Shown: positions 18,101 through 27,840 of the stretch, in pieces
How positions within the stretch are numbered: the stretch's first letter is position 1
Layout: every line of letters starts with the position of its first letter
Source: Candidatus Heimdallarchaeota archaeon
Lineage (GTDB): Archaea; Asgardarchaeota; Heimdallarchaeia; Heimdallarchaeales; Heimdallarchaeaceae
Reading direction: 5' to 3'
Length of the DNA stretch: 64,000 nucleotides
Assembly (NCBI GenBank): GCA_030607575.1
Contig: JAUWJS010000001.1
Coordinates: forward strand, 3,668 to 67,667
The notes under the pieces: generated by a model
Databases searched by the model: none
Told to the model about the DNA's origin: nothing
The model's input: the letters and a program-made list of their open reading frames with translations, nothing else
Program-made: the position numbers and the translations under genes

Positions 18101-19111
18101 GTGATAAATATGGGGCATCGAAGGGTAAGTGCTCCCCATCGATCATCACTAGGATATCGAAGGGTAAGAGCAAGAAGAATTATCCCTGCACCTCGCGCAT
18201 GGCAAGAATACGAGGGTGCTCCCAAACTATTGGGATTTCTCGGAATCAAAGCAGGGATGACGCATTGCGTATATATTGAAGATCGACCAAGGAGTCACTT
18301 GGCGAATAGAGAAGTAACTGCAGCTATAACTTGCATCGAGACACCTCCTATCGTAATTTTTGGATTACGCGGTTACGAAAAATCAGCGTATGGTCTTCAG
18401 ATTGCTGCTGATCTTTTAGCAACTGAAAACAAGGAAGAGCTGAAACGTAGACTTAAAACTCCAAAAGAATATGATTTTGAAAAGGCTAAGAAGAAGCTAG
18501 AAGATAAACTAGAAAAAATTGTTGAGTTAAGAGCGATCGTTCATACACAACCTTACTTAACTGGAATAGGAATGAAAACACCTCAAATAGCTGAAATCAA
18601 AATTGGATGCAGCGAAATAAAGGAAGGTTTTGAATACGGTCTTTCTCTTCTTGGAAAGGAATTGTTAATCAGGGATGTGTTTAAGGCAGGAGAATTTGTT
18701 GATTCAATTGGTGTAACCAAAGGTAAGGGTTTCCAAGGTCCAGTAAAGAGACATGGAGTTAAAATACTTCAACACAAGTCCAAAGGTACCAAACGTGGTG
18801 TTGGATCAATAGGACCATGGACACCATCCAGAACAATGTGGACTATTCCAAGATATGGGCAAATGGGGTTCCATGTGAGGACTGAATACAACAAACGAAT
18901 AATGCAGATAGGATCTGATGGATTACAAATAGTACCTAAAGGTGGATTTGTTAAATATGGTGTGGTAAAAAACAATTATGTTTTAGTGAAAGGATCAATA
19001 CCTGGACCTAAAAAGAGAACAGTAATGCTTAGAGGACCAATGAGAAAAGCTCCACAACCAATTAAAGAACCACAAATTCTGCATATCTCAACAAGGAGTC
19101 AACAAGGTTAG
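18101..19111 (+). CDS. rpl3: 50S ribosomal protein L3 (uL3).
   Basis: N-terminal MGHRRVSAPHRSSLGYRRVRA and overall uL3 conservation. First gene of the L3-L4-L23-L2 block. Confidence 0.9.
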   Translation: MINMGHRRVSAPHRSSLGYRRVRARRIIPAPRAWQEYEGAPKLLGFLGIKAGMTHCVYIEDRPRSHLANREVTAAITCIETPPIVIFGLRGYEKSAYGLQIAADLLATENKEELKRRLKTPKEYDFEKAKKKLEDKLEKIVELRAIVHTQPYLTGIGMKTPQIAEIKIGCSEIKEGFEYGLSLLGKELLIRDVFKAGEFVDSIGVTKGKGFQGPVKRHGVKILQHKSKGTKRGVGSIGPWTPSRTMWTIPRYGQMGFHVRTEYNKRIMQIGSDGLQIVPKGGFVKYGVVKNNYVLVKGSIPGPKKRTVMLRGPMRKAPQPIKEPQILHISTRSQQG

Positions 19112-19127
19112 GTGTGAGGAGATAAAA

Positions 19128-19913
19128 ATGAATGTATCAAAATATTCAATCAAAGGACAGAAAATGAGTGAAAAAGTAGAACTCCCAAAAGTTTTTACCA
19201 CAACATTTCGTCCAGATGTTATCAAACGTGCTGTTTTAGCCGAACAAAGTTGGAAGAAACAACCTAAAGGTGTTAGTCCTCTAGCTGGGCGTATGGTCGC
19301 TGTTGAAAATTGGGGTCCTGGAAGAGGGGCAGCTCGAGTACCACGTATTAAAGGTTCTAGAACACATAGTGCTCAAAGAACAGCATTTATTCCTCAAGCC
19401 AGAGGAGGCCACAAAGCACATCCTCCAACAGCAGAGAAAAAGATTATAGAGAAAGTAAATAGAAAAGAACACTTACTTGCCCTTAAATCAGCTATAGCTT
19501 ATACAGCATCAAAAACCGCAGTGGGTGATAGAGGACACAGATTTGAAGATAAAATGGAATTTCCAATCATTGTAGAATCGAAAGCAGAGGTTATAGAAAA
19601 AACACAAGATGTTGTTAGATTCTTGGGAAATCTGGGTTTGTCTTTAGAACTCATGAGAATTAAAATAGGTAAGAAAGTTCGTCCTGGAAAAGGTAAAGGA
19701 AGAGGAAGAAAATATAAAGTTCCTGTCGGTCCTTTAATTGTTGTTGGCGATAGAGAATGTCCATTATCTAAAGCGGGTAGAAATATTCTAGGAACCACAG
19801 TTATATCCGTAAGGGAATTATCTACAGAGATGTTAGCACCAGGAACTTATCCTGGAAGACTTACTATTTGGACTGAGGATGCGATAAAATCCCTAGGAGA
19901 ACGTTTTGGGTGA
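19128..19913 (+). CDS. rpl4: 50S ribosomal protein L4 (uL4).
   Basis: RPDVIKRAVLAEQSWKKQPKG ... WGPGRGAARVPRIKG ... GGHKAHPP are uL4 motifs. Confidence 0.9.
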   Translation: MNVSKYSIKGQKMSEKVELPKVFTTTFRPDVIKRAVLAEQSWKKQPKGVSPLAGRMVAVENWGPGRGAARVPRIKGSRTHSAQRTAFIPQARGGHKAHPPTAEKKIIEKVNRKEHLLALKSAIAYTASKTAVGDRGHRFEDKMEFPIIVESKAEVIEKTQDVVRFLGNLGLSLELMRIKIGKKVRPGKGKGRGRKYKVPVGPLIVVGDRECPLSKAGRNILGTTVISVRELSTEMLAPGTYPGRLTIWTEDAIKSLGERFG

Positions 19914-19919
19914 TGAAAA

Positions 19920-20180
19920 ATGGATCCGTATAAAATTATAAAGAAACCACTTATCTCAGAAAAGGACTTTGAACTAATAGAAAAAGAAAATAAATTGGTC
20001 CTATGGGTTGATCTCAGAGCTACAAAGAAGCAAATTAAAGAAGCAATTGAAATACTATACAACGTTAAGGTAGATAAGGTTAATACATTAATAACTCCCA
20101 AAGGAACAAAGAAAGCATACGTAAGACTAAGTGAATTTGATGATGCTGCTGATATTGCATCACGAATGGGATTATTCTAA
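19920..20180 (+). CDS. rpl23: 50S ribosomal protein L23 (uL23).
   Basis: [46 protein letters not shown] is the typical uL23 fold sequence. Confidence 0.85.
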   Translation: MDPYKIIKKPLISEKDFELIEKENKLVLWVDLRATKKQIKEAIEILYNVKVDKVNTLITPKGTKKAYVRLSEFDDAADIASRMGLF

Positions 20181-20192
20181 AAGGTGATTTGA

Positions 20193-20927
20193 ATGGGTAA
20201 GAAAATACTAGTTCAGAGACGTGGAAGAGGAACTTCACAGTTCAGAGCAGCTTCTCATAAGAAAAAAGGTAGTGTAAAATACAGAAAAGTTGCAAAAATC
20301 GAATATTCAGGAAGAATTACTGGATTTGTTAAAGATATTGTTCATGATCCTGGTAGAGGGGCTCCCGTAGCTAAAGTACTTTTTGAGGATGGACTCAAGA
20401 AGATTATACTGCCTTCTGAAGGTATTCGAGTAGGACAAAAAATCGAATATGGAACGAGTGCAGCAGTTCAATTAGGTAACACAATGCCTTTACAAGCTAT
20501 TCCTGATGGATCTCCAGTTTTCAATATTGAATTAACACCAGGAGATGGTGGGCGTTTAATAAGAGCCAGCGGTGGATATGCAACTATTTTAGGTCATGAT
20601 AAAGGCAAAGTTACAGTACAGCTTCCAAGTGGAGAAATGAAAGACATTCCCCAAAGATGCAGAGCTACTATTGGAATTGTTGCTGGAGGGGGAAGAACAG
20701 AGAAACCTTTTGTTAAAGCTGGAAATATGCATCATCATAAAAAAGCTAAAGGCCACTACTATCCTAAAGTAAGAGGTGTAGCAATGAATGCAGTTTCACA
20801 TCCACATGGTGGTGGTGCTCATCAAAGTCCCCCACGTTCAACAACCGTTTCAAGACATGCACAACCTGGAAGAAAAGTAGGTTTGATAGCAGCAAAAAGA
20901 AGCGGTAGAAGAAGAGGTAAGAAATAA
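20193..20927 (+). CDS. rpl2: 50S ribosomal protein L2 (uL2).
   Basis: GRNMHHHKKAKGHYYPKVRGVAMNAVSHPHGGG is the uL2 C-terminal signature. Confidence 0.9.
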   Translation: MGKKILVQRRGRGTSQFRAASHKKKGSVKYRKVAKIEYSGRITGFVKDIVHDPGRGAPVAKVLFEDGLKKIILPSEGIRVGQKIEYGTSAAVQLGNTMPLQAIPDGSPVFNIELTPGDGGRLIRASGGYATILGHDKGKVTVQLPSGEMKDIPQRCRATIGIVAGGGRTEKPFVKAGNMHHHKKAKGHYYPKVRGVAMNAVSHPHGGGAHQSPPRSTTVSRHAQPGRKVGLIAAKRSGRRRGKK

Positions 20928-21115
20928 CCTCTCATTTTCTTTATTTTTTTATTTTCATGTTCAATTTTGCTTGTTTTTTCAGTATAAAATACAATCCCAA
21001 ATATCAGATAAACAATATCAAAGGAAGACATATCTATTTAAGCACACCAAACTTGCTGTACAAAAATAGTCATTATAAAGTCTATACCAATTAGGTAATT
21101 AGGAGATAACTAAAC

Positions 21116-21859
21116 ATGGATGATAAGAAAGATTATGGGCAAATTGAATTCATTTTCAAAAAGCCTCAGAATTTTGAAGGTTGTACATTACTAAATGGTT
21201 GGCATGGAATAGGTGAGTGCGGCTTTATTTCAATGAGCCATCTTGTTGACAACCTCAAAGCTGAAAGAATCGGTTTTATAATTACAGACAATATTCCACA
21301 ATTTATAACAATAAAAAATGAGAAAATTACTTTTCCATTTGAGATATATAGAAAGGATGACCTTGTAGTAGTTCTACCAATATTCGAACCAATAAAATCT
21401 GAACATCTAGCTTTTACAAAAACCTTAGTAGAATGGTCTATAAATGAAAGATTCAAACAATCAATTCTTATTGGTGGATTAGACAGAAGATTAAAAGATG
21501 AAAATGAAATAAAAGCGATATATACTCAAGCATTTAAGGAAAAAAGACCCGAGGTAGAGATTCCAGTTTTAGATGAAGGATTATATGTTACAGGACCCTT
21601 GGCATATATGTTAATGTTCTATGAACTTAATGATTTTCCAACAATTGCTCTTTTACCATACGCTGAACGTTCAAGACCCGATCCAATCGCCGCAAGCATT
21701 GCTGTAAATGCAATAAATAATGTATTAGATATTGAAATAAATGTTCAAGAGCTTCTAGAAGAAGCTGAAAGAATCGAAAAGGAAATTGAATCCTTATTAC
21801 AAGCAAGCAAATCTAGAAAAGACACAGATATGAATTCAGATAAAGGAATGTTTGTTTAA
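21116..21859 (+). CDS. PAC2-family protein (archaeal proteasome-assembly-chaperone-like, COG1938).
   Basis: The N-terminal LLNGWHGIGECGFISMSHLVDNLKAERIGFI matches the PAC2 pattern (L-I-E-G-f-P-G-i-G-x-V-G ... k-i-g-x-I). The 247-aa length fits. Confidence 0.45.
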   Translation: MDDKKDYGQIEFIFKKPQNFEGCTLLNGWHGIGECGFISMSHLVDNLKAERIGFIITDNIPQFITIKNEKITFPFEIYRKDDLVVVLPIFEPIKSEHLAFTKTLVEWSINERFKQSILIGGLDRRLKDENEIKAIYTQAFKEKRPEVEIPVLDEGLYVTGPLAYMLMFYELNDFPTIALLPYAERSRPDPIAASIAVNAINNVLDIEINVQELLEEAERIEKEIESLLQASKSRKDTDMNSDKGMFV

Positions 21860-21943
21860 AAATCTAGAAAAACCAGCGCTTTAGTAATATAGTAGTTAAG
21901 TTATTGATTCATTTCCACATACTTTTATTTCATATAGATAGTC

Positions 21944-23080
21944 TCAGAACTCATAATTAATTTCTTCTTCTACTGTTTGTAGAAATTCTTCTGACACTGT
22001 TAGTTTCAATATTTCCTTGAATTTCTCTGTTTGCAATACTGAGTTTTTAACAATGGCTTCTATTTCTTCTATTAATCCTTGTAGGGAGTTTACATCCTTA
22101 ATGGTTATCTGAAATTGTGTTTTTAGGGTCTTTTTACCTTCAATTATTTCTTCTTCAGATAGTAAATCTATTTTGTTCAATACTCGTATAATCAAAACAT
22201 TAGGAAATTCTTTTTCAATATCTTCAAAAAGATTGAATTGTTCCTCAAGTGAGATAGTTGCATCTTTAGAGATGTCAAACATGAAAAGAATAATGTCAGA
22301 GATGTGTCTAATTGATATTATACTCTGTCGTTCAATCAGATTTCTATCTCGAAATGGCCTATCCAAAAGACCAGGTGTATCCACTACCTGTATGTTGGTC
22401 ATTCCTATATCTCTATGGCCAAATATAATTTTCTTTGTTGTAAAAGGATATTCTCCAACTTCAGGTTTTCCAGTAGATATTTCTATCACCAAAGAAGATT
22501 TTCCTACATTTGGAGCTCCTGCGATAACAACTGTTGGATAATTAACATTGAAATCAGGAACCGTTTTGAGTTTTTTAATGACCCTAATTAGATAGTTGAC
22601 ATCACCTTTGGCTTTTTTTAATAGAGAAGCCATTCGTCCATTTGATTGATTTCTAATTTCTGCCATTTCGTTAGGATGATTTGTTTCTTTTAGTCTGGCA
22701 ATATGGTCTCTTTCTAATTCTTTTATCTGTTTTTCAATACCACCCAAACGACCCAAAATTTTCCTTATTTTGTCGATATTCCCCATCAGATCGCAAATTT
22801 CACCATAGAATGGGTGAAGACTTTCAATCCATGGAAATTGATTTATAATCCGTTCTAATTTTTCTGTTATAACTAGTGAAAGAGTAGAAATCCTTTCTAT
22901 TTCTAAGTTTGCTATTTTTTCCTCTCTTGAAATTCGTCGTTTAGATGATTTGATTCTAAGATTTTTGGTTTGTTTAAAAGCAACTGACAGAATCACATCT
23001 ATAGGTGGTATATAACTGACTCTTCTGAATGGGTTACCTTTATACCTTTGATTTGACATACAAACCACTCTCTTAATCAA
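21944..23080 (-). CDS. NOG1-family GTP-binding protein.
   Basis: The G1 motif VVIAGAPNVGKSSLV, G3 DTPGLLDRP, and an N-terminal helical NOG1-like region. Length is 378 aa. Confidence 0.65.
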   Translation of the reverse strand: MIKRVVCMSNQRYKGNPFRRVSYIPPIDVILSVAFKQTKNLRIKSSKRRISREEKIANLEIERISTLSLVITEKLERIINQFPWIESLHPFYGEICDLMGNIDKIRKILGRLGGIEKQIKELERDHIARLKETNHPNEMAEIRNQSNGRMASLLKKAKGDVNYLIRVIKKLKTVPDFNVNYPTVVIAGAPNVGKSSLVIEISTGKPEVGEYPFTTKKIIFGHRDIGMTNIQVVDTPGLLDRPFRDRNLIERQSIISIRHISDIILFMFDISKDATISLEEQFNLFEDIEKEFPNVLIIRVLNKIDLLSEEEIIEGKKTLKTQFQITIKDVNSLQGLIEEIEAIVKNSVLQTEKFKEILKLTVSEEFLQTVEEEINYEF

Positions 23081-24182
23081 TTACTGATAAGTCGATTTCA
23101 TGCTCGAAATATCTGTCTAGATTTTTTACTACTTCTTCTTTTCTTCTATTATACTTTTCTTGATATTTAAGAACCATTTCAATCAGATTTGGTTTGCAAT
23201 CTTGTCCACAGATTAGATCTCCGCCTTTGCAGCCTGCTTCAATCTTATCAAGTTCATCATCATCTTCAACGAAATATTTTGAGAACCAATCAAAAATTGT
23301 GCATATTTCGGGATTTGCACCTAGTTCTCTTTGCTCCTTTATAGTTGTTCTTCCTCCTGTAAGGGCATTCATGATTTTCTTCTTAATTGTTTTTGGTTCA
23401 TCTCTTAGGAAAACGCAAGTTTCCTCAACGGATGAAGACATAGGTCTTCCTGTTAATCCTTTGAGATATTTTATGTATAAAGACGCTGGAAGTGTGATTT
23501 TTCTCTTTCTCGCAACATCTCTTGTCAATCTTATAAATACATCCTGATCCAATCCAATAGGAACAACTACAGGTAAATCATAATCTGTAGTTGGATGAAG
23601 AATATGTGCTGCCTGAATATTTGTATAATTAATAACACCTGTATTTTCCTCTCCACTTAACCCAAGTGCTGATCTAACTGCATTAAATGTTTGATTTATA
23701 GAAAACGTTAATGCTAGATAATGTATTCTTGGTGTCATGCTCGAAATATATGCGCTCACATTTTCAGGTTTAAAACCTATTGCAAAGATGTCAATTGCAT
23801 TTTGTATAACCAATTTGTAAGTTTCTTCTAATGAATCTACTTTACGAAAAACATATTTTTCATCGTCTGAAAAGGGTAAGAAGTATTTACATCTATATTT
23901 ATCCTGTAAATGTCTAATTAAATCGTATAATATAAGATGACCGAAATGTAAATCATTAGAAGGACCCCTTCCACTGATTATTGCAAAAGATTTCTTCTGT
24001 TCCACCCTATCTAAGATTTTGCCGAAATCTCTATGTGCAAATACTACTCCTCTTCTAAAAAAGAGATTATCTGTACCTATTCTTGGAAGTATCTTGTCAA
24101 TCTTAGAAATACCAAATTCAGAAAGAATTTTCTCATAATCCTCTCTTTTTTCAATCACATGGGATTCTATATTCTGATTCAT
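23073..24182 (-). CDS. trpS: Tryptophan--tRNA ligase, archaeal/eukaryotic type.
   Basis: SGRGPSNDLHFGHLI (GRGPS plus HIGH-type motif), the DDEKY box (FSDDEKYVFRK), and a KMSSS (KMSKS-type) motif, in the arrangement seen in archaeal and eukaryotic TrpRS. Confidence 0.7.
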   Translation of the reverse strand: MNQNIESHVIEKREDYEKILSEFGISKIDKILPRIGTDNLFFRRGVVFAHRDFGKILDRVEQKKSFAIISGRGPSNDLHFGHLILYDLIRHLQDKYRCKYFLPFSDDEKYVFRKVDSLEETYKLVIQNAIDIFAIGFKPENVSAYISSMTPRIHYLALTFSINQTFNAVRSALGLSGEENTGVINYTNIQAAHILHPTTDYDLPVVVPIGLDQDVFIRLTRDVARKRKITLPASLYIKYLKGLTGRPMSSSVEETCVFLRDEPKTIKKKIMNALTGGRTTIKEQRELGANPEICTIFDWFSKYFVEDDDELDKIEAGCKGGDLICGQDCKPNLIEMVLKYQEKYNRRKEEVVKNLDRYFEHEIDLSVID

Positions 24183-24362
24183 CTCTACACCTCTAAAATA
24201 AAATGCAATAATTAAAAGCTTGATTATATGGAAGTGGACAATACTTTACTGCACTATTTTGCGAACAAAAACCAATAGAAGCTATTTCCAGTCCAAGTTA
24301 CCACACTCAATAGTTTTTCTAGAAAAATACTTTATAATACTATCGTCTAACTAGAATAGACA

Positions 24363-25778
24363 ATGAAAAACTGGTATGGGTTGTATTCTAAGACATTGGA
24401 ACAAATATCTAAAGAAGATATAAAGAACAAAAAAACTATTGTTGGCTTCAATGTCAATGTAGACAAAATAATAGAAATCACACCAGAATCTATAGATAAA
24501 AAACTACTTGATGGAATTGATTTAGTATTAGAGAACGGTAAGATTAGACTTCCTTCTAAAGTTAATTCGATTGGAGATTTTCTTTCCTATTTTGTATACT
24601 CTATGATGGAGGGGAAGGCACTTGAAATAACAGTTCTATCAGAAACAATCGCAAATTGGATTGAGAACAATTTTGAGATTAAGAGTGATCAAATAGGTGG
24701 TCAAGCAGGAATTATAGCAAATTTATTCAAAAGTATTGAAGTTAGGGATGTTTTGTTAAGTTTACCAGTAAATGATCCTCAACTTGCTAATTTGTTAGAA
24801 CCTTCGCTTCTAACTATTATTGAAGAAGGAAATTCATACTCAATTCAAGAAATTAGTAAAGTGAAATTCATGGATAGAGAACCTCTTTCTCACTATGTTT
24901 TTGAGTTTAAAGCAGGCAATTATCAATTTAATTCATTTGATTTTAATTGTCCAAGAGATAATAGGTTCATTTTTACCTATGATGAGATTAATACATTGGT
25001 CAAATTTAACAAAGGTTTTCATGAATTCAGTCAGAATTTTATTCAAGAGTATACTCTAGCAATACTTTCCGGTTTTTGCTTAGCATATGAAAAACAAAGT
25101 TCCTTTGATGACATGTTTCGTCCAGTCACAAAAATGATTAAAAATTGGAAAAGAATCAATTCTAATCTCTATATTCATATAGAATTGTCTTCTAGCTATA
25201 ATGCTAAGAAAAGGAATTCTATTAAGAAAAATCTTTTTCCAGTAGCAAACTCTATTGGTGTAAATGAACAAGAACTCTTACTCTTCTCTTCTTCAGATAA
25301 GAATCATAGAGAATTAGGTGTTGATCAGAAGAGCACTTCCACCGCTCTATTTCAGTTATTACGTAATCTATTCTCAGAGTATCCTCACTTAAGAATACAT
25401 CTTCACTATCTCGGATATTTTCTTGTGATATCACCTGTAATGAAAGCTGAGGAAGCAGAGAGAGCTAGAACTGCCCTTATTATGTCATCTCTTTTTGCTG
25501 CTTCAAAAGCTAAAAGAGGTGTGATAGAATCATATCAAGATATAAATGATATTGAACTAAATCTATCTTCTAAAGGTTTTGAAGAACTCATTAAACTCCA
25601 TTCTTATATTGAATCAAACTTTGAGGTAAAAGGGAACTTATCTGAAACAGGAATACTGGTAACCCCTTCCTTCTCTTTGGTCGGGATACCAACTATTTTA
25701 GTGAAAAATCCTCAAAAATTAGTTGGTCTTGGTGATACAATTTCTTCAACAGCTGTTCTTTTTGATACAAATGATTAG
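24363..25778 (+). CDS. ADP-dependent sugar kinase (ADP-dependent glucokinase/phosphofructokinase family).
   Basis: The C-terminal LVGLGDTISSTAVLFD matches the ADP-GK/ADP-PFK catalytic GxGD[TS]xS motif. The N-terminal TIVGFNVNVDKIIEI matches the family's beta-alpha start. 471 aa. Confidence 0.7.
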   Translation: MKNWYGLYSKTLEQISKEDIKNKKTIVGFNVNVDKIIEITPESIDKKLLDGIDLVLENGKIRLPSKVNSIGDFLSYFVYSMMEGKALEITVLSETIANWIENNFEIKSDQIGGQAGIIANLFKSIEVRDVLLSLPVNDPQLANLLEPSLLTIIEEGNSYSIQEISKVKFMDREPLSHYVFEFKAGNYQFNSFDFNCPRDNRFIFTYDEINTLVKFNKGFHEFSQNFIQEYTLAILSGFCLAYEKQSSFDDMFRPVTKMIKNWKRINSNLYIHIELSSSYNAKKRNSIKKNLFPVANSIGVNEQELLLFSSSDKNHRELGVDQKSTSTALFQLLRNLFSEYPHLRIHLHYLGYFLVISPVMKAEEAERARTALIMSSLFAASKAKRGVIESYQDINDIELNLSSKGFEELIKLHSYIESNFEVKGNLSETGILVTPSFSLVGIPTILVKNPQKLVGLGDTISSTAVLFDTND

Positions 25779-25889
25779 ATAAATTGTAACAGCGAAATTC
25801 TAATTATTAAAGAATTCTTGTGCTTAAATATCTTCTTTTTACTAGAATATTGATTACTGAAAATATTCAGAAAACTGAGTAGATATCCT

Positions 25890-27281
25890 ATGAGTACTGT
25901 CTTTTCTGCTAGTGATGGAAATAACAAAATGAACTTTAATCAAGATCATAATGAGAGTGTTATCCTGTTTGAGCTCACCAATAGTAATATCGGAACAAAG
26001 ATGTTCAATCTAACCAATGAGTTGAATTCAAGAGGAATCATGTTTTCCTTCTGGATAACAAAGAAAAGAAAATATCTAATCATTTACAAAATCAATCAAA
26101 TTTCATTAAGTAAAGAGAAACTTGAAAACTTGTTAAAACATCTAATTTCAACATATTCTCTAAGGATGGAATCAAATCTTGATAATTTCTTTATCCCAGA
26201 TATTAAGAAAATTGACCAAGATGGAAAGATCTTAACATTAACTCATGAAGATAACTCAAAGCAATTTGTACTAGCATGTCAATTGGTAAATTTGGATTTA
26301 GAAGCTGATACAATAGTTAAGAGATTTACACAATTCACCAATAACTTGGTTGAAGCTGAGGTATTTTCCATAAATATCTCACAATTTGCTTCAAATGAGA
26401 AAAATCATCAAAGTACACAATCTTTAGGGGTTTTCTTCATAGCAAGAAGCTATGATAAAAATTTAATAAAGGAAAAAGAAGCAATACTTTTGAGATTTCT
26501 TAAAGCAAGCACAGTCAAACTAAACGGGCAGATGGTTTTTCTCTCAAAGCGTGATATTGTTAGACATAAGGCTAATTTTCAATATTTTGTTCCTTGGATT
26601 AAGCATAATGTATTCATCAATGACTTAGTAAATATTGTAAGATTGTTACCACCTATTAAAATAGATGTACAAAGGAAAATATTCCAAGATGAGAAAAAGA
26701 AAAAGGAAATAGAAAAGCAAGTTACAGTTCCTAGTCAAAATCAAAAGAATGTAGTTTCTCTACCTTTTCCAAATACTAAGAAACCCTTTCCAAGTGTTCG
26801 GAGTAAGAAACTAGAACCACCAATATTCATCAAAGCCAAGGATATACCAACAGAAGATATAGAGAAGTATGTTCCAAGTAAAATTGATGATCTTTTTGTA
26901 CCTATTCCAAGGACATTGAATCCAGTTTTTGATGCAGAATATCTAAAAGTTCGGATAAGTAAGATATTCAAGGATTTGGAATTCAAGGAATCGTTGATAT
27001 TTGAAGAAAACTTCGATTTAGTTTTGCGTAAAGGTTCTTCTTATGTTTTTGTGAAGTTTTTCAAGGATACATTAACTCAAAACCATGCTTACAAAGTAAT
27101 AGAAAATTTGAGCTCTATTGCAGGTTTAAGAAACCAGTTCCTATGCATCGTTGTAGCAGATGTAGTAGATGAAATTTCGAAAAAACTCCTAAGTGAATAC
27201 AATGTAATTCATTTAACTATTACAGATGTACTTGTTAGTGATAAGTTGAAAGCAAAAATATATGGAACTATTCTGGCATAA
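25890..27281 (+). CDS. Hypothetical protein, 463 aa, with a possible C-terminal PD-(D/E)xK (Mrr-like) nuclease fold.
   Basis: No N-terminal motif recognised. The C-terminal ~100 aa (FDLVLRKGSSYVFVKFFK ... IVVADVVDE ... NVIHLTITDV) has a D ... h-x-K pattern reminiscent of restriction-endonuclease-like folds. Confidence 0.3.
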   Translation: MSTVFSASDGNNKMNFNQDHNESVILFELTNSNIGTKMFNLTNELNSRGIMFSFWITKKRKYLIIYKINQISLSKEKLENLLKHLISTYSLRMESNLDNFFIPDIKKIDQDGKILTLTHEDNSKQFVLACQLVNLDLEADTIVKRFTQFTNNLVEAEVFSINISQFASNEKNHQSTQSLGVFFIARSYDKNLIKEKEAILLRFLKASTVKLNGQMVFLSKRDIVRHKANFQYFVPWIKHNVFINDLVNIVRLLPPIKIDVQRKIFQDEKKKKEIEKQVTVPSQNQKNVVSLPFPNTKKPFPSVRSKKLEPPIFIKAKDIPTEDIEKYVPSKIDDLFVPIPRTLNPVFDAEYLKVRISKIFKDLEFKESLIFEENFDLVLRKGSSYVFVKFFKDTLTQNHAYKVIENLSSIAGLRNQFLCIVVADVVDEISKKLLSEYNVIHLTITDVLVSDKLKAKIYGTILA

Positions 27282-27396
27282 AGTAATTTTTGAAGTTTGG
27301 TTTTCATGATATCTTTGTGTAATAGGGCTTGATGTACTGATAGAAAACAACTATAATTTTTTTTCATGATTTGTTTAAAGAATTAGATAAAAATCT

Positions 27397-27834
27397 TTGG
27401 TATTACAGAAGCTTTTCAGTTGTACGATAAAGGTTATAATTATGGGGGACCCCAACAAAAAGATTTCTTCTTATATAGCAAGTTTTGTAGAAAGGTTTTT
27501 CCCGAAACATGAAGAATCAATCCACAGTGGCTTATTTCTGATATCTAATGAAGATGAAACATTGAAAATAATAGACTGGTACTTCAATGGATATTCAGTT
27601 ATTTCTGAAACAGTTTCATCCCATATACAAAATTTATGTAAGAATAAAACTGTCAGATTCACCAATGATGGGATGTATGCATTAGTAGAAGATCAGAACA
27701 AGATACCTAATAATGATCTAAATGAAGTAGCAAAACATCTAGAAACTGCTTTAGCTGAATATGATTCTGGAATGCAAATTGTGAAAGAAGCACAAAAGCT
27801 GTTCTCAGCAAAAAATGTTGGAATTGGTTATTGA
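27397..27834 (+). CDS. Hypothetical protein (145 aa; likely starts at an internal Met, MGDPNKK).
   Basis: An ORF co-oriented downstream of the 463-aa hypothetical protein. No recognisable motif. Confidence 0.3.
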   Translation: MVLQKLFSCTIKVIIMGDPNKKISSYIASFVERFFPKHEESIHSGLFLISNEDETLKIIDWYFNGYSVISETVSSHIQNLCKNKTVRFTNDGMYALVEDQNKIPNNDLNEVAKHLETALAEYDSGMQIVKEAQKLFSAKNVGIGY

Positions 27835-27840
27835 AATAAA

